Below, in pieces: positions 32,064 through 40,215 of a DNA stretch of 64,000 nt. Location: NCBI GenBank assembly GCA_035505375.1, contig DATJQV010000081.1, positions 30,596-94,595 on the forward strand, read 5' to 3'. A program made the position numbers and the translations under genes. A model generated the notes under the pieces. The model was not told the origin of the DNA and searched no databases. It worked only from the letters and a program-made list of their open reading frames with translations. Numbering within the stretch: the stretch's first letter is position 1; every line of letters begins with the position of its first letter. This stretch comes from a bacterium (GTDB lineage: Bacteria; Hydrothermota; Tepidihabitantia; Tepidihabitantales; Tepidihabitantaceae).

Positions 32064-32423
32064 GTTCCTGTCCCCCATCCGGCCCTCGTTCCTGCGGCCG
32101 GCCCAGCCCCGGAAACAGCGGCCGTTCCAGCCGCTGCAACGGCAACCGCTCCGGCCCCATGCTCGGCCCTCGCACCAGCCTCCGGCACTCGAACCCCAAC
32201 AGCGCCTGATCCCGGCACTGCTCCTGCGCCCTGAACCGCACCTGGTCCTCGTATCGCAACGGCTACCGGCCCTGCTGCCGCAACGGCTTTCGTGCCTGTG
32301 CCCGTAACAGCATCTGTTCCCGGCCCCGAAACAGCGTCCGTTCCGGCCCACGTTCCCGCACCCGAAACAGCCGCCGTTCCTGCTTCTGCAACGGTATCCA
32401 GCCCTGCGCCTGCCCCATTATTC
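32064..32423 (-). repeat. 12-nt phased degenerate array E (30 units, partial 24-nt super-period)
   Basis: Plus-strand units in register: gttcctgtcccc (32064) ... gaaacagcggcc (32112) gttccagccgct gcaacggcaacc ... gaaacagccgcc (32364) gttcctgcttct gcaacggtatcc. From gaaacagcggcc (32112) onward, 21 of 26 units start with G. The minus strand is GGA-rich. A purine-rich (minus-strand) flank lies at 32460-32640. Confidence 0.85.
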
Positions 32424-32776
32424 CTGTGCGTCCGCATCCGTGCGTCCGCTTGACTCCGGGCCATGCACGAATAACATCCCTACTGATGCAAGGCCAAATC
32501 CGGCCAAACCCGACGTCTCCGTCGCTGCTCGGAACTTCGTCCTCAGGTCCTGACGTGAATCCTCCATCCTCCGACCTCGGTCTTTCTTCCTCGCCTCACT
32601 CTTCAGTCCTCTTTCCTCAGTCCTTTTCTCGTCCCGCGCCCCGCCGCAAGCGTATTGCCTCGCCTGTCCGCAACCCCGCCCGAAATGAGTGAGGTTTCCC
32701 TGAAATCCCGTGAGCAGTTGTCCCCGGAGACGCGTGGCGCTTGTCGGCCCGTACGTCCTAGCGGGTTTTTAGGTGC

Positions 32777-32805
32777 TTGACAGCACGATGGGCTCGACCG
32801 ATAAT
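32777..32805 (+). promoter_or_regulatory. Near-consensus sigma70-type promoter facing the RM-gene stub and the downstream cassette
   Basis: TTGACA (32777-32782), 17-nt spacer, GATAAT (32800-32805). Confidence 0.45.
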
Positions 32806-32810
32806 CGAGC

Positions 32811-33041
32811 ATGTCGTGCCCAAGTGTGGCAAGGCCCGCGTCCCGCGACCTTATTTCCTCGCCCGTCCGCAACACCGCCCGACATGAGCAGGCGTCTCCG
32901 CAATTCCTTGACCGACTCGACCAGAACCGCGAGGTCTTCCTCTCCGGCGACTACAAAGAAGAACAACTCCGCCTTGAGTTCCTCAACCCCTTCTTCACCG
33001 GGCTTGGCTGGGACATGTGTGAGAAAGGAGGCTCATCGTGA
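32811..33041 (+). pseudogene. 5' remnant of an Eco57I-type (type IIG) restriction-modification / N6-DNA methylase gene, truncated after about 60 codons
   Basis: Translation ...FLDRLDQNREVFLSGDYKEEQLRLEFLNPFFTGLGWDM matches the characteristic N-terminus (..SGKYNE.QLR.EF(I/L)NPFF.ALGWD(V/M)) of this enzyme family as I recall it. Homology stops at GWDM, where the GGAGG and GTG start of the next gene begin. Confidence 0.6.
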
Positions 33042-34240
33042 GCGTTTTCGGCAAGCCGCTTGACGTGGTCGCCAGCACAGACATCGAGGCCCTGAAGTCC
33101 ACCGGAGCCCAAGAGTCCCAGTATCTAGACTACAAGAGAGACGCGTATGGGAGCGACACGAAAGAACTGCTGAGAGACATCACTTCGTTCGCAAACGCCT
33201 ACGGCGGCGAGGTCATTGTTGGGGTCGAAGAAGACGGGGACGGACGGCCGCAGAGCATCCCTGGTCTCAATGAGTACAAGTTGGAGTGCACTCGCTACGA
33301 ACAGAGCGCAATGACCGGCATTGATCCGAGAATCCCCGGACTCAAGGTCTACGCTGTCCCATTCGCCGACCCAGCGAAAGGGGTGATCATTGTCAGCGTT
33401 CCACGGAGCAGCCGTGCTCCGCACATGGTTACCGTTGGCGGCGAGGACAGATTCTGGAGGCGTCACGGCAGGCACAAGAGCAGAATGACGACAGCGGACA
33501 TCGGCGAGTCGTTCAGGTTCGGACGTGAGTACCTGAAACTCTCGGAAGACTACCTGGAGGGTGCCAAGAGAGCAGCCCTGAACTCAGGGATCTCCGAGCC
33601 AAGGCTGGTTCTTGGCGCGCTGCCGGCATTGCAGCCCGAGCGACCCATCGGACCCGGCGAGGCATGGGCCAGAGAAATCCTGGCGAGGCCGCACGGCAAG
33701 CAGAATCGCGCGTCGCTGTTGCCCGAGATGGACCCCCAGCACGAGGAGATACGACCCACGTTGAGAGGCTTGGTCAGATTGTGGCGGGCTGAGCCTCAAC
33801 AACCGTCCCTTGCGTTACACAGGAATGGATACCTAGAGCTCCGCAACAGGTGCATCACGGGCATCGGCGGTGTTCGCGAAGACGAGATCGAGTTTGGGGG
33901 CTTCGCATCGCTCTGTGTCGATTTCTTCCGGCTCGCGTCTCAAGTCTACCATAAGCTAGGGTATGAAGGCGAAGTCTTCGCCTTCGGTGCCATTGCGAAG
34001 ACGGAAGGACTGAGACTACGCGACATGCCGGTCGCCCTCACCGGCGGTTCCGACCATCGCTCCCGCGACGCCGACCCGCGGGGATGTCCGGAAGTCCCCA
34101 ACCTAGTCGTAGAACCGTGGTCGTACTCGACGAGTGAGACACCTGAGTCACAAGCTCAACGGTTCGCGGACGTGGTATACAACGCATTCGGGCACGAGCG
34201 CGCACCCTCGATTAAGGACAGCCAATATGGTCACGTCTGA
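33038..34240 (+). CDS. AlbA_2 / Schlafen-like (divergent AAA, putative nucleic-acid-binding) domain protein with an unknown ~260-aa C-terminal region
   Basis: 400 aa. GGAGG lies 7 nt upstream of the GTG. N-terminus ...DIEALKSTGAQESQYLDYKRDAYGSDTKELLRDITSFANAYGGEVIVGVEEDGDGRP... fits the E..LE(F/Y)K......(I/L)..(I/L).AFAN..GG.(I/L).(I/V)GV.D.G pattern of AlbA_2. Confidence 0.65.
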   Translation: MSVFGKPLDVVASTDIEALKSTGAQESQYLDYKRDAYGSDTKELLRDITSFANAYGGEVIVGVEEDGDGRPQSIPGLNEYKLECTRYEQSAMTGIDPRIPGLKVYAVPFADPAKGVIIVSVPRSSRAPHMVTVGGEDRFWRRHGRHKSRMTTADIGESFRFGREYLKLSEDYLEGAKRAALNSGISEPRLVLGALPALQPERPIGPGEAWAREILARPHGKQNRASLLPEMDPQHEEIRPTLRGLVRLWRAEPQQPSLALHRNGYLELRNRCITGIGGVREDEIEFGGFASLCVDFFRLASQVYHKLGYEGEVFAFGAIAKTEGLRLRDMPVALTGGSDHRSRDADPRGCPEVPNLVVEPWSYSTSETPESQAQRFADVVYNAFGHERAPSIKDSQYGHV

Positions 34241-34440
34241 TCTGTGCCATGGTACTACGACCTACAAGGCGGTCGGCGCGCTACGACCAGAGGACAGGAA
34301 GCATGATGATGGGCGGCACACGCCTTGAGATGACAAGACTGCCCGTTTCCGCTGCAACCTGCCCATGACGGAAGGCGTCCGACCCTCAGTCCGAAAGAAG
34401 GGACCTTGACCCGCGACAGGAAACGGTTCGTTCCACGGAT

Positions 34441-35235
34441 TTGCTCGTGATGGCGGCAGACACCGTCTGGGTTGGAATTCGACAGACTGGATCTACTGCC
34501 ACCATCCTCGCCCTGATAACTGCGCTGGCCGCAATTGGGGCCTCGATCCTCGCGGCCATCTTCTCCTTGGGGCGCGAGAAGAGAATGCTCAGGGTCCGTC
34601 TGCGGTATGATGCCTGCAGGGCGGTGTCCCGTCAGCTGGACAAGACCCAAGCGGCCCTCGGGTCCATCAGTACGCTGGTTGCCACAATTGGCCATGGTTG
34701 GATGCCGTCGCAAAGCCCTCCCAAGCGCGTGGCGAGTGGTGAGGCGCGGGCCGACGTGATACCTGAACTGGCGGGCACGTACTACCAGGATGAGGAGTCG
34801 ATTTCCTTCGCTCGGCTCCAGATTAGGCTGTCGAGGGAGACCGTGGGCATTGCCAAGACATTTCTAGACCAAGAGTTCCTACTGGCCGACATGCGGCCGG
34901 CCGTCACGGCGCTCAACGAGTCGTCTCTCCGGCTGCATACCGCACTCGACGACCTGGAGACGACGCTCCGCAAGTTCGCTGACGGTAAGGCTACCCACGA
35001 GGAGGTCACGGCCAGAAGCGGCAAGGCACTGACTGTCCTGTTCAGGTACGAAATACACCTATTTCAGTTCGCATGGGCGCTTCAGCGACTCGCGGTGGGC
35101 GATGTCACTAAGCATCAGAAGCCTCTAGATTTGTTCACCACCAATGACCCCGAGGAACTCATTCTGACAAAAGACGGGTTCGTTGCGGCCAAACACACGG
35201 AGTTCTTCAATCCATCCAGGAAGAGCCACGGCTGA
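34441..35235 (+). CDS. Hypothetical protein with one N-terminal transmembrane helix and a helical C-terminal region
   Basis: 264 aa (TTG start in the track; in-frame ATG at 34450). TM segment TATILALITALAAIGASILAAIFSL. No motif recognised. Confidence 0.45.
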   Translation: MLVMAADTVWVGIRQTGSTATILALITALAAIGASILAAIFSLGREKRMLRVRLRYDACRAVSRQLDKTQAALGSISTLVATIGHGWMPSQSPPKRVASGEARADVIPELAGTYYQDEESISFARLQIRLSRETVGIAKTFLDQEFLLADMRPAVTALNESSLRLHTALDDLETTLRKFADGKATHEEVTARSGKALTVLFRYEIHLFQFAWALQRLAVGDVTKHQKPLDLFTTNDPEELILTKDGFVAAKHTEFFNPSRKSHG

Positions 35236-35336
35236 CGTGGGCGCTTCTATGAGGGGTCTCCTGTCCACAACCGCGCGCGACCTCGCTGTCAGCCTGGCTA
35301 CGACCTGTCCAAGATACTCGACGTTGCACGGCGCCC

Positions 35337-37664
35337 GTGCAGAAGGGCACGAGCATGAATAGCGATTCACTGAGTCCGAGCGTTCCCCGCATTCCTGGTC
35401 TCAGGGATTCCGTGTCCGGGGCCGCGTACAAGAAGGGCGATGTCATTGGCCAGAAGTATGAGGTCTATGGCATTCTGGGAGCAGGCGGATTCGGCATCGT
35501 CTTTCTGGTCTATTCCCACGAGACCAAGTATGTATACGCCCTGAAGACCTTCCGGGATGAATACCTCGCAGATTCTCATGCGAGAGAGCGGTTTCGCAAG
35601 GAGGCAAGTGTCTGGGTGGACCTGGAGCGACACCCGTATCTTGTGCGGGCCTCCTACGTGGAAGAAGTCGCCGGCAGGTTGTTTGTCGTCATGGAGCATA
35701 TTGCTCCAGACGAGCACGGGCTGAATACACTCGAGGGCTATCTGCGACAAAGGCCACCTGACCTGGCCCAGAGCCTGCGCTGGGCAATCCAGTTCTGCTA
35801 CGGAATGGAATACGCGTACTCAAAGGGCATCCGTTGTCATCGGGACATCAAGCCTGCTAATATCATGATAAGTCAGGACAAGACGGTGAAGATTACAGAC
35901 TTCGGCCTGGCGGGGGTGCTCGGCCCGTCTCAGGCCGTCTCGGGAATCAGGTTGAACATCCAGCAGGGAACGGTCGGTCTGTCAGGCCAGACAATGGAAG
36001 GGACAGGCTTTGGCACACCGACCCACATGTCTCCGGAGCAGTTTACTGACGCTGCCTCCTGTGACGAGAGAAGCGACATCTACTCCTTCGGGGTTGTCCT
36101 GTTCCAGATGGCGAGCGGCGGCCGGCTTCCCTTCCTTACGCCTTTGCCCGAGGTGATAGGAGAATCGGAATCGGCCCGGTTCTGGAGGGAGATGCATCGC
36201 CTGCACACAAGAGCTCCCGTGCCAAAGCTCAACTCGCCGCTGTTTTCCATCATCCACCGCTGTATGGAGAAGGAACCCGGAAAGAGATACAGGGGCTTCG
36301 AGGAACTCCGCGGGGTCCTCGAACCATTGCTCCGACGTCTGACCGGAGAAGCCGTGAGACCGACCGAGTTGGGAACGCTAGAGGCTTGGGAGTGGAGCAA
36401 CAAGGGTTTCAGCCTCGACAGCCTGGGCCGCCACGAAGAGGCGCTTCGCTGCTTTGACAAAGCCCTGGAACTTGACCCGCGGGACGCAGCAGTCTGGAAC
36501 AACAAGGGAACCAGCCTCGGCAGTTTGGGCCGACACGAGGAGGCAATCCGCTGCTACGACAAGGCTCTGGAACTTGACCCGCAGCACACAAGCGCTTGGT
36601 ACAACAAGGGAACCGTCTTCTCCGGCCTGCGCCGCCACGAAGAGGCAATTCGCTGCTACGACAAGGCCTTGGAACTTGACTCGCGTCTGGCGTCGGCTTG
36701 GGAAAACAAGGGTACCAGCATGGGCAGACTAGGCCGCCAAGAGGAGGCTATCCGCTGCTACGACAAGGCTCTGGAACTCGACCCGCGAGATGCAAAAGCA
36801 TGGCGCAACAAGGGCAAGAGACTCGCCGACCTGAGTCGCTACGAAGAGGCGCTTATCTGCTTTGACAAGGCTCGGGAACTTGAGCCGCAGAACACGGAGG
36901 TCTGGTACGACAAGGGGTTCTGCCTCCACCACCTGAGTCGCTACAGTGAAGCAATCCGCTGCTTTGATAAGGCCTTGGAACTCGACCCGCGTCTGGTGTC
37001 GGCTTGGAACAACAAGGCTGTCAGCTTAAGCAGACTGGGCCGCCATGAGGAGCAGATTCGCTGCTACGACAAGGCCCTAGAACTCGACCCGCAGGATGCA
37101 CTAACCTGGCACAACAAGGGCCGTGGCCTCGGCGGCCTGCGCCGCTACGAGGAGGCGATTCGCTGCATCGACAAGGCCCTAGAGCTTGACCCGCAGAAGG
37201 CTGCGGCCTGGTACGACAAGGGGTTCTGCCTCCACCACCTGAATCGCTACGGTGAGGCAATCCACTGCTTTGACGAGGCCTTGGAACTCGACCCGCGGGA
37301 CGCAAGTACCTGGTACAACAAGGGTAGCGACCTCCATACTCTGGGCCGCTACGAGGAGGCGATTCGCTGCTTTGACAAGGCCTCGGAACTTGACCCGCGG
37401 AACGCAAGAACCTGGTACAACAAGGGCTGTTGCCTTGATGACCTAGGCAGGCCCGAGGAGGCCATAGGCTGCTTTGACAAAACCCTGGAACTTGACCCGC
37501 GGTACGGCATGGCATGGTACGCAAGGGCACTGGCACAGGAGAAACTTGGCCGAAGACAGGAGGCGGTTCAGTCGTACAGGCAGTTCATCGCGCTCGCCCC
37601 GGCCCAGCACGCGGAAGAAATCGCATACGCTCGGCAGCGTGTCCGCGAACTGGAAGCGAAGTAA
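35337..37664 (+). CDS. Hanks-type Ser/Thr protein kinase fused to 12 tandem TPR units
   Basis: GAGGFGIVF (G-loop), YALK, HRDIKPANIM, DFGLAG, GTPTHMSPEQ. These are followed by 12 units of ..W.NKG..L..LGRHEEAIRCYDKALELDP.... An alternative start is the ATG at 35355. Confidence 0.9.
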   Translation: MQKGTSMNSDSLSPSVPRIPGLRDSVSGAAYKKGDVIGQKYEVYGILGAGGFGIVFLVYSHETKYVYALKTFRDEYLADSHARERFRKEASVWVDLERHPYLVRASYVEEVAGRLFVVMEHIAPDEHGLNTLEGYLRQRPPDLAQSLRWAIQFCYGMEYAYSKGIRCHRDIKPANIMISQDKTVKITDFGLAGVLGPSQAVSGIRLNIQQGTVGLSGQTMEGTGFGTPTHMSPEQFTDAASCDERSDIYSFGVVLFQMASGGRLPFLTPLPEVIGESESARFWREMHRLHTRAPVPKLNSPLFSIIHRCMEKEPGKRYRGFEELRGVLEPLLRRLTGEAVRPTELGTLEAWEWSNKGFSLDSLGRHEEALRCFDKALELDPRDAAVWNNKGTSLGSLGRHEEAIRCYDKALELDPQHTSAWYNKGTVFSGLRRHEEAIRCYDKALELDSRLASAWENKGTSMGRLGRQEEAIRCYDKALELDPRDAKAWRNKGKRLADLSRYEEALICFDKARELEPQNTEVWYDKGFCLHHLSRYSEAIRCFDKALELDPRLVSAWNNKAVSLSRLGRHEEQIRCYDKALELDPQDALTWHNKGRGLGGLRRYEEAIRCIDKALELDPQKAAAWYDKGFCLHHLNRYGEAIHCFDEALELDPRDASTWYNKGSDLHTLGRYEEAIRCFDKASELDPRNARTWYNKGCCLDDLGRPEEAIGCFDKTLELDPRYGMAWYARALAQEKLGRRQEAVQSYRQFIALAPAQHAEEIAYARQRVRELEAK
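36370..37640 (+). repeat. Tandem ~102-nt DNA repeats encoding the TPR array
   Basis: Recurrent strings such as gaggaggc(a/g)at(c/t)cgctgctacgacaaggc(t/c)ctggaact(t/c)gacccgc recur at ~102-nt spacing. Confidence 0.8.
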
Positions 37665-37668
37665 GGCA

Positions 37669-40092
37669 ATGGAAGGACTCTCAGCTGGCACCTCCCTGGC
37701 TTGGCAGATTGCAGCCTCGGAGGCTGCGGCGGCGAAGCATCACTACATCGAGAAGGAACACATGATGACTGGTGTTCTGAGCCTTGAGAAGGTGCTCGGC
37801 GGCGAGAGCACAGAAATCACGCCGGACGTACGGGAACTGCTGCAAGCAGAGTGCGACGGCGTTGAGGACGTGCTGCGGGCCTTCGAGCTTGACTCGACCC
37901 AACTGCGACGGCAGGTCAGGGAAGGGCTTGGCATGGGCAGCTTCAAGCGGACAGAGAAGGTGGTTCACCGAAGTGAGGATTGCAGGCGGGTCTTCGCGAG
38001 GGCAGAGCAGATGGCGCAGCCGGGCCAAGCTACCTGCCTTCATCTGCTGGCGGCCATACTGGAAGAGCCGGGTGATGTCATCAGCGGCGTCCTTGCAGAG
38101 GCCGGCGTGAAGCCGACAGACCTGCGGGCACGGACCTTGGCCAACCTGCAAGGACAGAATCAACCGCCAAGGACGCCAAGAGCGCCGAGGGGTGGTGTAG
38201 CAGGAGCGGACGAGAAAGAGCACGAGCCGGAGAGGGTGCAGGCGGGCGAGCAGAAGCAGGACTTGACCGCCACGCATTACCTTGACCGCTATGGCCGCGA
38301 CCTTACGCAAGAGGCCAAGGAAGGGAAGCTCGGCCCGATCATCGGACGCAGGCGGGAACTACTCGAAGTAATCCAGACTCTTGCCCGCCGCACTAAGAAC
38401 AACCCGGTGCTCGTGGGTGAGGCCGGGGTGGGTAAGACCGCAATCGTGGAAGCGCTGGCTATCCGAGTCGCAGAGGGCAAGGACTCGCAAGTCCTTGGCG
38501 GCAAGCGCATCATCGAGCTGAACGTCGGCTCTCTGGTGGCAGGGACCAAGTACCGGGGCGAGTTTGAGGAGAGGCTCACGCGCATCATCAAGGAAGCGCA
38601 GGCGCATCCGGAGGTGATTCTCTTCATCGATGAGCTGCACAATGTCGTGGGTGCGGGCAGGGCCGAGGGGAGCATAGACGCGGCCAATATCATGAAGCCG
38701 GCGCTGGCTCGGGGAAACCTGAGTTGTATCGGGGCCACGACCATCGCCGAATACCGCCGGTACATTCAGCCGGACTCGGCCCTGGAGCGACGGTTTGAGA
38801 AGATCATCGTGAATGAGCCGAGCGCGGATGAGACAATGGCGATACTCAGGGGCATGAGGCCGAAGTGGGAGGAGCACCACAAGGTACGGATTGCCGACAA
38901 GGCGCTTGAGGCGGCAGTGAACCTTTCCGTGCGCTTTGACCCAGACCATCAGTTGCCCGACAAGGCGATTGACCTCGTGGACAAGGCCGGGGCGCGAACA
39001 CGGGTTCCCGTCCTTAGCATGATGCCGGGCAACGGAAGACGGAAGACGGATGACGGACGACGGGAGGCAGGCGGCGAGGTTACAGAGCTGACCGTGGCGC
39101 AGGTGTTGTCCGACAAGATTGGCGTGCCGCTGGAAGTCGTCACCGGCCATCTGGAAGGGATGGCGCAGTCCCGGCTGCTGGAACTCAACTCGTTCCTGAA
39201 GAAGCGGCTCATTGGTCAGGATGAGGCGGTGGAGCGCGTGTGCCGGCGGCTCCTCATGGCCCATGCCGGGCTGGCCCAAAGGCGCGGCCCGCTTGGGGTC
39301 TTCCTTTTCCTCGGACCCACCGGCGTGGGAAAGACGCAACTGGCGAAGCTGATGGCGGAGTTTCTCTTCGGCAGCGAGTCCGACATGATACGGCTCGACA
39401 TGTCCGAGTACATGGAAGAGCACAGCGCTGCCAAGCTCATCGGGTCGCCGCCCGGCTATGTTGGTCATGAGGAGGAAGGGCAGTTGACCGGCAGGCTGCG
39501 GACGAAGCCCTATTCAGTTGTCCTGCTGGACGAGGTGGAGAAGGCTCACCCGAGGGTCTTTGACCTGTTCCTGCAGGTCTTCGATGAGGGCCGCGTCACC
39601 GATGCCAAGGGCAGAACCGCGGACGCAAGGAACGCCATCTTCGTCATGACCTCCAACATCCAGGCCGGCAAGCAGTTCAATGTCGGTTTCCAGGATAAGG
39701 CTGAATCAAGCGCAGCGATGCAGCATGAGGTCAAGGCGCGGTTCCGGGCCGAGTTCATCAATCGGGTTGACGAGCAGATTGTCTTTCGGCCGCTGAGCGA
39801 GGAGGACGCGAGGAGAATCCTGCGGCCGATGCTGGACGCGATTGCAGAGGAACTGCGCAAGCGGCACAACGTCACGCTGCACGTCAGCGAGGAAGCGGAG
39901 CTGGCACTCGCGCAGGCAGGCTTTAGCCCGGAGTACGGGGTCAGGGAGCTTCAGCGCACAGTGGAGCGGCTCGTCCAAGCCCCTTTGAGCGGGCTGATTC
40001 TGAGCGGCAGGCTGAAGGAACATGACGCCTGGCAGCTCGTGCGCGGCGAACAGGGGCTCGTGGTTGTGCCGGTCGTCCGAGAAGCGCACTAG
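37669..40092 (+). CDS. ClpC/ClpA-like double-ring AAA+ unfoldase (Clp_N repeats, D1, no long M-domain, D2)
   Basis: The ATG at 37669 lies 4 nt after the kinase TAA. Clp_N-like ...LAWQIAASEAAAAKHHYIEKEHMMTGVL and ...CLHLLAAILEEPG. D1 NPVLVGEAGVGKTAIVEALA...ILFIDELH. D2 FLFLGPTGVGKTQLAKLMA...VVLLDEVEKAH. NVGF lies at the position of the ClpC VGF / ClpA IGL ClpP-docking loop. Confidence 0.9.
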   Translation: MEGLSAGTSLAWQIAASEAAAAKHHYIEKEHMMTGVLSLEKVLGGESTEITPDVRELLQAECDGVEDVLRAFELDSTQLRRQVREGLGMGSFKRTEKVVHRSEDCRRVFARAEQMAQPGQATCLHLLAAILEEPGDVISGVLAEAGVKPTDLRARTLANLQGQNQPPRTPRAPRGGVAGADEKEHEPERVQAGEQKQDLTATHYLDRYGRDLTQEAKEGKLGPIIGRRRELLEVIQTLARRTKNNPVLVGEAGVGKTAIVEALAIRVAEGKDSQVLGGKRIIELNVGSLVAGTKYRGEFEERLTRIIKEAQAHPEVILFIDELHNVVGAGRAEGSIDAANIMKPALARGNLSCIGATTIAEYRRYIQPDSALERRFEKIIVNEPSADETMAILRGMRPKWEEHHKVRIADKALEAAVNLSVRFDPDHQLPDKAIDLVDKAGARTRVPVLSMMPGNGRRKTDDGRREAGGEVTELTVAQVLSDKIGVPLEVVTGHLEGMAQSRLLELNSFLKKRLIGQDEAVERVCRRLLMAHAGLAQRRGPLGVFLFLGPTGVGKTQLAKLMAEFLFGSESDMIRLDMSEYMEEHSAAKLIGSPPGYVGHEEEGQLTGRLRTKPYSVVLLDEVEKAHPRVFDLFLQVFDEGRVTDAKGRTADARNAIFVMTSNIQAGKQFNVGFQDKAESSAAMQHEVKARFRAEFINRVDEQIVFRPLSEEDARRILRPMLDAIAEELRKRHNVTLHVSEEAELALAQAGFSPEYGVRELQRTVERLVQAPLSGLILSGRLKEHDAWQLVRGEQGLVVVPVVREAH

Positions 40093-40128
40093 CGGGACGG
40101 CAATGGTCCGCATCCGCGGCCGGGACAG

Positions 40129-40156
40129 TTGACAGTCGGGCGGGCCGGACTATCCT
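40129..40156 (+). promoter_or_regulatory. Candidate sigma70-type promoter for the hydrolase gene
   Basis: TTGACA (40129-40134), 16-nt spacer, TATCCT (40151-40156). AAGGAGG lies just before the GTG at 40216. Confidence 0.4.
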
Positions 40157-40215
40157 TCACCGCTGTTAGACTTCCTATGATTCTGCCGACCGTCAGGTTC
40201 TGATAAGGAGGCCAT

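Noticed and set aside
32232-32234. In-frame TGA in the Ala-rich frame of array E as selenocysteine or programmed read-through. Likewise the TAG at about 31525 in array D.
   Set aside because: No SECIS-like structure or other supporting signal was seen. The simpler reading is that the frame is not translated or is a pseudogene.
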